A stretch of 64,000 nucleotides of DNA, taken from the NCBI GenBank assembly GCA_945861755.1, contig CAMAVQ010000003.1:5689-69688 (forward strand), given 5' to 3'. The translations under genes and the position numbers were made by a program. Position 1 is the first letter of the stretch; the number at the start of each line of letters is the position of its first letter. The notes beneath the pieces were generated by a model that saw only the letters and a program-made list of their open reading frames with translations, was not told the origin of the DNA and did not search any database. The DNA is from Gemmatimonas phototrophica (GTDB lineage: Bacteria; Latescibacterota; UBA2968; UBA8231). Positions 52,816-61,669 of the stretch are shown piece after piece.

Positions 52816-53482
52816 TTTGTCCGTTGAAGACCTGGTGGCCTATGTACACGGCGAGGTGGAACCGGCCCGCAAAGGGGCGATCACCGCGCACCTGGAGCAA
52901 TGCCCGGCCTGTCAGGGCAGCTACCAGGAGCTGCAGCAGACCCGCCGGCTGCTGGCGGCCTGGACCGACGAGGAGCCCTCGGCCAAATTGGTCTTCCTGC
53001 CGCCCCGTTCCTCTGCGCGGCGCTGGAAAAAGCTGGGTTGGGGGCTGTCGCTGGCCGCCGCCGCCTCCCTGGCGATCCTGGCGCTGGCTCACTCCCAGAT
53101 CGAGTATGGCCAGGGGCAGTTGCGGTTGCAGTTGAGCCTGAGGGCCGCCCCGGTGCCTGACAGCTTGGGCACGCCGCTCACCCGCGCCGAGTTCCAACAG
53201 GCCCAGCTCCAGCTGGCCGCGATGGTGCAGCAGGCCGTGCAAAGGGTCCAGACCCAGCAGCGCCAGCATCTGGAGCAGGCCCTGTTGACCTCGCAGACCC
53301 AGCAGCGCCGGCAACTGGAGCAGGCCCTGACCAGCTTTGCCGTGGAACTGGACAAGCAGCGCCAGGAAGACCTGCAGGCCGTCAGTCAGGGGTTGCAGGT
53401 CATCGACTGGTCCACCGCTGATCGTTTCACCCGCACCGAGGGGTTGTTGCAACAGTTGTTGATCACGGCCGTCGACCAATGA
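52805..53482 (+). CDS. Anti-sigma factor (zf-HC2 type, single-pass membrane, Gln-rich extracytoplasmic coiled coil)
   Basis: 225 aa. Overlaps the sigma gene by 11 nt. HLEQCPAC (H-x3-C-x2-C) motif and TM helix LGWGLSLAAAASLAILALA. Confidence 0.8.
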   Translation: MSCDLSVEDLVAYVHGEVEPARKGAITAHLEQCPACQGSYQELQQTRRLLAAWTDEEPSAKLVFLPPRSSARRWKKLGWGLSLAAAASLAILALAHSQIEYGQGQLRLQLSLRAAPVPDSLGTPLTRAEFQQAQLQLAAMVQQAVQRVQTQQRQHLEQALLTSQTQQRRQLEQALTSFAVELDKQRQEDLQAVSQGLQVIDWSTADRFTRTEGLLQQLLITAVDQ

Positions 53483-53495
53483 GGAGCTAGGGGAT

Positions 53496-54692
53496 ATGTG
53501 GCGCATGGCAATCGCCTTCTTGAGCGCGCTGGCGTTAGCGCCGCTGGCCGCCGAGGCCGAAAGCTTCGATGCCCAGAAGATGTACCGCGACCTGGGCATC
53601 GCCGAAACCATCCTGGTCCATCTGCAGGGGGGGGAGGATCTGCCTTTTGCCAACCCGGTGCGGGGGGTTTACCTCAAGGGCTACGGGGCGGTGTTCCTCA
53701 GCGCCGGCCAGAACCGAAATCTGATGATCGCCCTGATGGGCAGTCCGCTGGAGCAGGCGGAAGCGGCAAAAAAGACGCCGGGCGGCGACTTTGAGGTGTT
53801 TAAGGAGCAGACCGCTGAGTTCTTCCGCTCCTACGCCGATGCCATCGCCCAGGTGGGGGAGGAGGAGCGCATCACCGTGCTGAGCGGGGACCTGGCCAGC
53901 GGCACCCGGTGGATGGGCTGGGGAAAGGGACGGAGCAGGAAGATGATGCGGAAGATGTTCGCGGTCGAGGCGGCGGCTGATTCGGCCGGCCCGCAAGCCG
54001 AAGGCGGGAAGACCTTTGAGAGGGAGATGCCCCCGCCGGGCGGGCCGGGTTCCAAGCCAGGAGACCCGGGACCCAGGCCGGAGGAAGACCTCTTTTTGCG
54101 GGTGCAGAAAGAACTCGAGGCCGCGGCACAGGAACCGGCGATCTTCGAAGGATCGGTGAAAAAGGCAGACCTGCGAGCCCTGCACCAGGGCCGGCTCAGC
54201 GAGGAGGATTTCGCCAAACACCTCACCTGGCAGCAGCACCGCCCTGATCCCGTGGCTGCCAAGCAGGTGGACATTATGGCCGGCATTCTCGACAAGGCGC
54301 TGGCCGGAGAGGGGCAGGGATTCAGGTGCTCCGGGGTGTACCACGAGGGCCTGGGGGCGCTCTTCTTTGTCAACCTGGGGTTCGGCAAGATTTTTTCCGC
54401 CCTGACTCCGGCCCGTTTCGACCGCACCCAGCCGGTCATGCCCCAGATCGCGGCGGTGACCGATGAACAAGAGGCCCAGATCAAGGCCGAATTGGTGAAG
54501 GCGGTGGCCGAATACGGCCATACCCTGCCGCTCAAGCCCCATGAATATCTGGTGGTCGAGGTGCATTCCGGGGGGCCCCCCAAGATGTGCATCGACCTGC
54601 TGCTCCGGGTGCGGCAGGAAGAACTAGAAGCCTACCGCAAGGGCACCCTGAGTCTGGTAGAATTTGGCCAGAAGGTGGAGTTTGAGCAATAA
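53496..54692 (+). CDS. Hypothetical secreted protein with two related modules joined by a charged Pro/Gly-rich linker
   Basis: 398 aa. Signal peptide MWRMAIAFLSALALAPLAAEA. Modules around VRGVYLKGYGAVFLS and CSGVYHEGLGALFFVN. GAGGAG RBS upstream. No known motif recognised. Confidence 0.65.
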   Translation: MWRMAIAFLSALALAPLAAEAESFDAQKMYRDLGIAETILVHLQGGEDLPFANPVRGVYLKGYGAVFLSAGQNRNLMIALMGSPLEQAEAAKKTPGGDFEVFKEQTAEFFRSYADAIAQVGEEERITVLSGDLASGTRWMGWGKGRSRKMMRKMFAVEAAADSAGPQAEGGKTFEREMPPPGGPGSKPGDPGPRPEEDLFLRVQKELEAAAQEPAIFEGSVKKADLRALHQGRLSEEDFAKHLTWQQHRPDPVAAKQVDIMAGILDKALAGEGQGFRCSGVYHEGLGALFFVNLGFGKIFSALTPARFDRTQPVMPQIAAVTDEQEAQIKAELVKAVAEYGHTLPLKPHEYLVVEVHSGGPPKMCIDLLLRVRQEELEAYRKGTLSLVEFGQKVEFEQ

Positions 54693-54741
54693 TTCACGGC
54701 CAAATATTGATGGCGGACGGGCGCAGGCCTATTATGTCGGC

Positions 54742-55728
54742 ATGCGCTTTTCGCTTTTGGTGTTCATGCTCGCCTTCGCCACCCCTGTCCTGCCCGGGGA
54801 AAAGGTGCTGGGTATCACGCTCTCCACCCACGGCAGCGGTCAGGACTGGGGCAGTGACCAGATCGGGACTACCTTGCAGGATATGCGCCAGGTGGGCGCC
54901 AACTGGGTGGCCATCCATCCCTATGCCCGCATCTCCGGCGAGGGCCAGGTCAGCTTCCGCGACTTCGACCCAGCCAGTCCCCCCGCGTACCTGATCCGGC
55001 CTATCCAGGAAGCCCACCAGCGGGGCCTGAAGCTGTGCATCATCCCCCATCTGGCCTATTGGGGCTCCCCCTTCTCCTGGAAGGGGGATATCGCCTTTGA
55101 GCGGCCCGAGGATTGGGAGCGCTTCTGGCGGGATTATTCTTATTGGATCACCCGGCTGGCCGCCGCCTGCCAGGGGGCCGATGGTTTTGTGGTGGGCACC
55201 GAACTGGACCGCACCCTGGATCACGAGAACCAGTGGCGGGCCCTCATCGCCCAGGTGCGCAAAGTCACGCTCGCGCCGCTGACGTACGCGGCCAACTGGA
55301 CCGACTACACTCGGGTGCCCTTCTGGGACGCCCTCGATGTGGTGGGCATCCAGGCCTATTTTCCCCTGGTTGACCACCTGGACCCCACCCAGGAGGAGGT
55401 CGAGGCTGGCTGGGCATTGCGCGTGGGTGAAATGCGCGCCTATTCCCAGCAGACCGGCAAATACATCCTCTTCACTGAACTGGGCTACAACCAGTCCTAC
55501 CTGGCGCCTTTGGAGCCGTGGAACTACCAGGTGGACGGGGAGGATGCCCGCCCCATCCAGGAGACCTGTATGCGCACCGCACTGGAGGCAGTGGCCGGCG
55601 AATCGAGCATCGTCGGGGCCTTTCTGTGGAAGTGGTTCCCCAACCCCCGTCCAGTGGGCCGGGATTTTCAACTGGCCACTCCGGCCATCGAGCAGATCAT
55701 CTCCAGCATCTGGTTGCGCGGCCGATGA
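54742..55728 (+). CDS. Secreted clan GH-A-like TIM-barrel glycoside hydrolase
   Basis: ATG 54742 (MRFSLLVFMLAFATPVLPG signal). Candidate catalytic Glu pair in VVGTELD and LFTELGYN. The stop overlaps the tolC-like start (ATGA 55725-55728). Exact family uncertain. Confidence 0.6.
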   Translation: MRFSLLVFMLAFATPVLPGEKVLGITLSTHGSGQDWGSDQIGTTLQDMRQVGANWVAIHPYARISGEGQVSFRDFDPASPPAYLIRPIQEAHQRGLKLCIIPHLAYWGSPFSWKGDIAFERPEDWERFWRDYSYWITRLAAACQGADGFVVGTELDRTLDHENQWRALIAQVRKVTLAPLTYAANWTDYTRVPFWDALDVVGIQAYFPLVDHLDPTQEEVEAGWALRVGEMRAYSQQTGKYILFTELGYNQSYLAPLEPWNYQVDGEDARPIQETCMRTALEAVAGESSIVGAFLWKWFPNPRPVGRDFQLATPAIEQIISSIWLRGR

Positions 55729-57023
55729 GCAAAACGGGATTGTTGACCTGGCTGGGGCTGCTGGTCGCCCTCGCCCCGGCGGGGGCTCAGGCGCCGCTCG
55801 GCTTGGAGCGGGCAGTGCAGTTGGCCCTGGAGCGCAACGAGCGCGGCCGCACCGCCCAGCTACAGGGCGAGGCCGCCGATGCCCGCGTGGCCAAGGCCCG
55901 GGCCTTTTTCTTTCCCGACCTCACCCTGGTGGGCAACTACACCCGCCGCGCCTACCAGACGGTGCGCGAGGTGGGCGGCGAGCAGGTGATCATCCAGCGG
56001 CGCAACGTGCTGGCCCCGCGCGCCACCGCCACCCTGACCCTTTTCGATCCGCGCGCCCTGCCCTTGTACCGCCAGGCCCGGCGGGAGCGGGACGCCGCGA
56101 AACTGAACGCCCGCGAAGACCGGCGCTTGCTGGGCTTTGAGGCGGCCGACGCCTTTCTGCGCACCCTCAGCGCCGAGCAGGTACACGAGGCGGCGCGGCG
56201 GCGCCTGGACCTGGCCGAGCAGAGCCTGGCCGACGCGAGGGCGCGTTTTTCTGCCCAATTGGTGGGCTCCAACGACGTGACCCGCGCCGAACTAGAGCTG
56301 GCCACGGCCAGGCACCAGGCCACCCGCGCCCAGGGCGAGAAGGAGAGCGCGTACCTGCACCTGGGTTACTTGCTCGACACCCCGGTAGCCGGCTCGCTGG
56401 TCGCGCCCCAGGAGTTGCTCCAGATCGCCGCGCAGCCTCCCGGGGAGGAGAGCCCGCTCATCGAGGGGGCGCTCCGGATTCGTCTGGACCTGGCGGCCAG
56501 CCAGCGCCATGCCGAGGCCCAAGCCGCCGCCGCCGGAGAGCCCCTGCGCCGGCTGCTGCCCAGCCTGAATGCCAATGGCCAGTACCGGATGACCAACGAG
56601 GGCGGCCTGAGCGGGCGCACCCGCGATTGGTCGGCGGGTATGGACCTCACCTGGAGTATCTTCGACCGGGGCCAGCTCTGGGCCGACCGCAGCGAGCGCC
56701 GCGCCCTGGCCCGCATCGCCGATCTAGCAGCCCAGGCCGCGGTCCGGCGCGCCGCGCTGGAGGTGCGCACGGCCCTGGTGGCCCTGACCAGCCAGCAGGC
56801 GGCCATCGACCAGGCCCAGGTGGCGGCCCAGGTGGCGCGGGTGAACGCTGCCCAGACTGCCGAACTCTATCGGCAGGGCCTGACCAGCGCCCTGGCCGTG
56901 GCCGACGCCAGCGCCCGGCTCTTTGAAGCCGAGGTCGCCCTGGCGCGCGAGCAATACGGGGTGGCGCTGGCCTATCTGGATCTGCGTTCTGCCCGCGGCT
57001 TGAACCCTGTAGGAGAGGAGTAG
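55725..57023 (+). CDS. TolC-family outer-membrane efflux protein
   Basis: 432 aa from ATG 55725. Signal peptide, LERAVQLALERNE start, and two repeated coiled-coil halves typical of outer membrane factors. Confidence 0.85.
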   Translation: MSKTGLLTWLGLLVALAPAGAQAPLGLERAVQLALERNERGRTAQLQGEAADARVAKARAFFFPDLTLVGNYTRRAYQTVREVGGEQVIIQRRNVLAPRATATLTLFDPRALPLYRQARRERDAAKLNAREDRRLLGFEAADAFLRTLSAEQVHEAARRRLDLAEQSLADARARFSAQLVGSNDVTRAELELATARHQATRAQGEKESAYLHLGYLLDTPVAGSLVAPQELLQIAAQPPGEESPLIEGALRIRLDLAASQRHAEAQAAAAGEPLRRLLPSLNANGQYRMTNEGGLSGRTRDWSAGMDLTWSIFDRGQLWADRSERRALARIADLAAQAAVRRAALEVRTALVALTSQQAAIDQAQVAAQVARVNAAQTAELYRQGLTSALAVADASARLFEAEVALAREQYGVALAYLDLRSARGLNPVGEE

Positions 57024-57028
57024 GACCG

Positions 57029-58144
57029 ATGAGCTGGTGCCGATTTGCGGGAATGCTGCTTGTGGCCCTGGGGGCGGCTGGCTGCGGCGGGGGCCCGCCC
57101 GCCCAGGCCCAGGGGGGCAAAAAACAATTACAATTCCCGGTCGAGGTGGCGCCGGTGGAGGCCCGCCGGGTCGATTACCGGGTGGACGCCGTCGGCTCGG
57201 TGGAGGCCTTTGAGGTGGTGCAGGTGACGGCGCGGGTGTCGGGGGTGGTGGAACAGGTGCGCTTCACCGAGGGGCAGACGGTATCCAGAGATCAGGTGCT
57301 GGTGGAGATCGAGCCGGACCGCTTCCGGCTGGCGGTAGAGGCGGCCAAGGCCACCCTGGCCAAGGCCCAGGCGGCCCAGGCCGAGGCCGAGGCCAGCCTG
57401 AAGCGGCGCGAAGGCGCGGTCATCCAGAACCCCGGGCTGATCCCCGGCGAGGAGTTGGAGACCTGGCGCACCCGTGTCAACACCGCCCAGGCCGAGGTCG
57501 CCCAGGCCCGCTCTGCCATGGAACTGGCCGAACTCAACCTGCACGATGCCCTGGTGCGCGCCCCGGTGGGGGGGGCCATGCAGACCCGCACGGTGCAGAC
57601 CGGGCAGTATGTGCAGCCTGGGGCCACCCTGGCCACCCTGGTACGGCGCGATCCGCTGCTTTTGCGCTTCCAGGTGCCCGAACAGGACGCGGTGTCGCTG
57701 AAGCCGGGCACTGCGGTCAGCTTTGGGGTGCGCGACAGCCAGCACCGGTACAGCGCCCGCATCAGCCATGTGGCCGAAAGTGCGGACCTCAGTTCGCGCA
57801 TGGTGCCGGTCACGGCCCAGATCGATGATCCGGCGCGGGGCCAGTTGCGGGCCGGGGCTTTTGCCCAGGTCTCGGTGCCAGTGGGCGAGTCGGTGCAGGC
57901 CCCGGTGGTGCCGCAGATCGCGGTGCGGCCCAGCGAGCGGGGTTTCCTGGCCTTTGTGGTGGCCGAAAACGTGGCCCGCGAACGCATCCTCATTCTCGGC
58001 ATGCGCACCGCCGAGGGGCTGGTGGAGATCCGCTCAGGCCTGCAGGCAGGTGAGCTGCTGGTGGTGCGCGGTGCCGAAGCCCTTTTTGAGGGCGCCTCAG
58101 TGAAGGTCAGCGGGGCCGCCCCGCCCCAGGAGGCAAAGCCGTGA
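57029..58144 (+). CDS. RND efflux periplasmic adaptor (membrane fusion protein, lipoprotein)
   Basis: 371 aa. Lipobox LGAAGC, a HlyD-like hairpin (Ala/Gln/Glu-rich coiled coil), and barrel-sandwich segments (VLVEIEPDRF, APVGGAM). Confidence 0.88.
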   Translation: MSWCRFAGMLLVALGAAGCGGGPPAQAQGGKKQLQFPVEVAPVEARRVDYRVDAVGSVEAFEVVQVTARVSGVVEQVRFTEGQTVSRDQVLVEIEPDRFRLAVEAAKATLAKAQAAQAEAEASLKRREGAVIQNPGLIPGEELETWRTRVNTAQAEVAQARSAMELAELNLHDALVRAPVGGAMQTRTVQTGQYVQPGATLATLVRRDPLLLRFQVPEQDAVSLKPGTAVSFGVRDSQHRYSARISHVAESADLSSRMVPVTAQIDDPARGQLRAGAFAQVSVPVGESVQAPVVPQIAVRPSERGFLAFVVAENVARERILILGMRTAEGLVEIRSGLQAGELLVVRGAEALFEGASVKVSGAAPPQEAKP

Positions 58145-61100
58145 AACTCACCGAAGCCTGCATCGATAAACCGGTCTTCGCCTGGATGCTGATGGCGGCC
58201 ACCATCGTCTTTGGCGGGGTGGCCGCTTCTCGCATCGGCATCAGCCAGTTCCCCGACGTGGATTCCCCCAATATCTCGGTGAACGTCAATTGGGAGGGCG
58301 CGGCCCCCGAGGTGGTCGAGAACGACGTGGTCGAGATCCTCGAAGAGGCCCTGGTCCAGGTGGAGGGGGTGCGCTGGATCACCTCCTCGGCGCGGCAGGG
58401 CGGGGCCTCGCTCTCGGTGGAACTGCATCTTGAGCGCGACGTGGATCTTGCCCTGCAGGACGTACAAACCAAGGTCTCGCAGGCCCAGCTCCGCCTGCCC
58501 CGCGGCATGGACCCGCCGGTGATCTCCAAGTCCAACCCCGAGGACAACCCCATCATGTGGATCGGGCTTTCGGGGCCCTATCCGCGCCAGGTGCTCAGCG
58601 ACTTTGCCCGCTACCGACTGGCCGAAAAATTGCAGCAGGTGCCTGGGGTAGGCGAGATCATGATGGGCGGGTACCTGCAGCGCAACGTGCGTATCTGGAT
58701 CGACGCCAACCGCCTCGACGAGAAGGGGCTGACGGTGACCGACGTGGTGGGGGCCCTGCAGCGTGAGCATATCGAGCTGCCGGCCGGCCGTCTGGAGACC
58801 GAGGGGCGCGAGGTGAACGTGCGGGTGCTGGGCGAGGCCATCGACCTGAGTACCCTGCGCCGCATCGTGGTGCGCGAGGTGGCCGGCAGCCCGGTCTACC
58901 TAGAGGACGTGGCCCTGGTCGAGGACGGCTTCGAGGACATGCGCCGCATGGCCCGCGTCAACGGCCTGCCGGCCCAGGGCCTGGGGGTCAAGAAGCAGCG
59001 GGGGGCCAACGCCGTGGCCGTGGCCCAGGGTGTGCGCCAGGTGTTGGAGGACATCAAGCCCAGCCTGCCCGAGGGCATGGAGCTGGGTATCAACTTCGAC
59101 TCGACGCAGTTCATCGAGGACTCGGTGGAGAAGATCGAGTTCGAGCTGGTGGTTTCGGTGGTGCTGACCGCGATTGTCTGCTGGCTTTTCCTCGGCTCCC
59201 TGTCCAGCACCCTCAACGTGGTGCTGGCCATCCCGATGTCGCTCTTTGGCACCATCGCGGTGCTCTATTTTCTCGGCTATACCCTCAACACCTTCACCCT
59301 GCTGGGCCTGGCCCTGGCGGTGGGCATCGTCGTCGACGACGCCATCATGGTGATGGAGAATATCTTCCGCCGCGCCGAGGGTGGGGAGGACCGGGTGACC
59401 GCCGCGCGCGAGGGCACCCGGCAGATCGCCTTTGCGGCGCTGGCGGCGACCCTGGCGGTGGTGGCCATCTTCAGTCCGGTCATCTTTATGGAAGGGGTGA
59501 CGGGGCGTTTCTTCATGCAGTTTGGCATCACCCTGTGTGTGGCGGTGCTGCTCTCCTACGTCGAGGCGGTGACCCTCGCCCCATCGCGCTGCGCGCAGCT
59601 TTTGAACACTTCGCGCGAGGGCCGCAACCGGGTGGGCCTGTGGGTGGACCGCGGTTTCCGCCGGCTGGAAGGGCGTTATGCCCGCATCCTGGGCGGGGGC
59701 CTGCGGCGTCCGTACCTGGTGCTGGGCTTGGGCGGCCTGCTCTTTGTCGGCTCCATCTTTTTGTTCCGCTCCCTGCCCAAGGAGATGGTCCCCTCCCAGG
59801 ACCAGAGTCGGATGATGCTGCGGCTGCAGACGGCGGTGGGTTCGGACCTGGAGGAGACCAACAAACTCATCCTCAAGGCCGAGGAGATCATCCAGGCGGC
59901 CCCTGAAGTGGTGCGCCAGTTCACGGTGGCGGGCGGCTTTGGCGGGGGCGCGGTGAACAGCGGCTTTATGTTTATCACCCTGGTGCCCCCCGAAGAGCGG
60001 ACCCTCAGCCAGAACGATTTTGCCGCCCAATTGCGCCAGCAGCTCAACGCCATTCCCGGGTTGCGGGCCATCTACCAGGACAATTCACAGTCTGGCTTCA
60101 CGGCCCAGGGCGGCATGCCGGTGAGCTTTGCGCTCCTGGGCCCGGACTGGAACCAGTTGGTGAGCCTCAGCAACGACTTTAGGCAGAAGCTGGCGACCAG
60201 TGGTTTGGCGGTGGATGTGGACAGCGATTATCGGGTGGGCATGCCCGAGCTGCGCATCACCCCAGACCGGGCCCGCGCCGCGGACCTGGGGGTGCCCATC
60301 GAGCAGGTGGCCACCACCCTCAACGCCCTGGTGGGCGGGGTGCGGATCGGCAAGTACAGCAGCGGGGGTCGGCGTATCGACGTGCGGGCGCGGCTGCTGG
60401 CCGACCAGCGCTCGCGGCCCGAGGATATCGCCCGGCTCAAGATGCGCAGCGCCTCGGGCGCGCTGGTGCCGCTCTCCTCGCTGGTCAGCTACGAGGAGCA
60501 GCCGGCCCTGCAGGCCATCACCCGGCGCGACCGCGAGCGGGCCATCTCGGTCTCGGCCAATGTGGCCCCGGGCCGCTCCCAGGCCGAGGCTCTCGAACTG
60601 GTCGAGGAGTTGGGCCGCGAATTACCCCTGGGTTATCACCTCACCCTGACCGGGGCCAGCCAGACCTACCGCGAATCCAATGACAGTCTGGTATTCGCCA
60701 TGATCCTGGGCATTGTCGTTGCGTACATGGTGCTGGCCTTGCAGTTCAACTCCTTCCTGCATCCCTTCACCGTGCTGACCATCTTAGTGCCGGCGCTGAC
60801 CGGGGCCTTCCTCGCCCTGTGGCTGACGGGCACCAGCCTGAACATCTTCAGCGGCATCGGCCTGCTGCTCTTGATGGGCATCGTCAAGAAGAATTCCATC
60901 ATCCTGGTGGACTACGCCAACCAGATGCGAGCACAAAGCCACAACGCCCTCGAAGCCATGCTCTTGGCCGGTCCGGTGCGCTTGAGGCCCATCCTGATGA
61001 CCTCGGTGGCGACGCTGATGGCGGCCATCCCCCCCTCCCTGGGCATGGGCCCTGGTTCCGAGATCCGCGCCCCCATGGCCATCGCTGTCATCGGCGGCCT

Positions 61101-61242
61101 GGTGGTGTCCACCGCCCTCAGTCTGTTGATGGTGCCGGCCTTCTACGTGGTGGCCGACCGCCTGGTGGGCAGCACCGGCAAGATCTGGAGTCGCCGGCCC
61201 CGTCCCGCAGAGGCCCCGGTAGTGGGAACGCACGGGTCGTGA
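58141..61242 (+). CDS. RND efflux permease (AcrB/HAE1-type)
   Basis: 1033 aa. GTG start overlaps the adaptor stop (GTGA). 12-TM architecture with two large periplasmic loops. VGIVVDDAIMVMENI and GIVKKNSIILVDYAN motifs. Confidence 0.92.
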   Translation: MKLTEACIDKPVFAWMLMAATIVFGGVAASRIGISQFPDVDSPNISVNVNWEGAAPEVVENDVVEILEEALVQVEGVRWITSSARQGGASLSVELHLERDVDLALQDVQTKVSQAQLRLPRGMDPPVISKSNPEDNPIMWIGLSGPYPRQVLSDFARYRLAEKLQQVPGVGEIMMGGYLQRNVRIWIDANRLDEKGLTVTDVVGALQREHIELPAGRLETEGREVNVRVLGEAIDLSTLRRIVVREVAGSPVYLEDVALVEDGFEDMRRMARVNGLPAQGLGVKKQRGANAVAVAQGVRQVLEDIKPSLPEGMELGINFDSTQFIEDSVEKIEFELVVSVVLTAIVCWLFLGSLSSTLNVVLAIPMSLFGTIAVLYFLGYTLNTFTLLGLALAVGIVVDDAIMVMENIFRRAEGGEDRVTAAREGTRQIAFAALAATLAVVAIFSPVIFMEGVTGRFFMQFGITLCVAVLLSYVEAVTLAPSRCAQLLNTSREGRNRVGLWVDRGFRRLEGRYARILGGGLRRPYLVLGLGGLLFVGSIFLFRSLPKEMVPSQDQSRMMLRLQTAVGSDLEETNKLILKAEEIIQAAPEVVRQFTVAGGFGGGAVNSGFMFITLVPPEERTLSQNDFAAQLRQQLNAIPGLRAIYQDNSQSGFTAQGGMPVSFALLGPDWNQLVSLSNDFRQKLATSGLAVDVDSDYRVGMPELRITPDRARAADLGVPIEQVATTLNALVGGVRIGKYSSGGRRIDVRARLLADQRSRPEDIARLKMRSASGALVPLSSLVSYEEQPALQAITRRDRERAISVSANVAPGRSQAEALELVEELGRELPLGYHLTLTGASQTYRESNDSLVFAMILGIVVAYMVLALQFNSFLHPFTVLTILVPALTGAFLALWLTGTSLNIFSGIGLLLLMGIVKKNSIILVDYANQMRAQSHNALEAMLLAGPVRLRPILMTSVATLMAAIPPSLGMGPGSEIRAPMAIAVIGGLVVSTALSLLMVPAFYVVADRLVGSTGKIWSRRPRPAEAPVVGTHGS

Positions 61243-61246
61243 GCTT

Positions 61247-61630
61247 ATGAATAGAAAATCTGTCCGGCCGGTGCTCGCAGGGCTGTTCGTCATCATCGCC
61301 GCCACGAACCTGACCGACATCGTATTGCATGCAATAGGTGTCTACCCGCCCATGGACCAGCCGATTGACGATGCGCTTGCCCTGCTGGCGGCCTCCTACC
61401 GCTTCGTTATCGGCATCTGCGGGGCTTGGCTCACGGCCCATCTCGCGCCGGACAAGCCCATGAAACACGCCCTGTTCCTCGGCTATGTGGGGGTCTTCCT
61501 GGGGCTGGTGGGCGTGGTGGTAACCTGGAATATGGGCCTGGGTCCAAGATGGTATCCCATCGCCCTGGTCGTGCTGGCAGTACCGCAATGCTGGGCTGGC
61601 GGCAGAATCTACCAGAGACAAGCGCGTTGA
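61247..61630 (+). CDS. Small integral membrane protein (4 predicted TM helices), function unknown
   Basis: 127 aa with hydrophobic helices (VLAGLFVIIAATNL, FVIGICGAWLTAHL, FLGYVGVFLGLVGVVV, IALVVLAVPQCWAG). Starts 4 nt after the RND stop. Confidence 0.6.
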   Translation: MNRKSVRPVLAGLFVIIAATNLTDIVLHAIGVYPPMDQPIDDALALLAASYRFVIGICGAWLTAHLAPDKPMKHALFLGYVGVFLGLVGVVVTWNMGLGPRWYPIALVVLAVPQCWAGGRIYQRQAR

Positions 61631-61669
61631 GGGGTAAAAAAAAAGAACGATAGCCCCGCAGGAGATGAC

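Noticed and set aside
57292-60030. Long minus-strand ORFs (492 aa and 376 aa) antisense to the MFP and RND genes
   Set aside because: Their low-complexity Arg/Gly/His/Pro-rich translations have no motifs. The plus-strand genes have unmistakable efflux-pump signatures and overlapping start/stop junctions.
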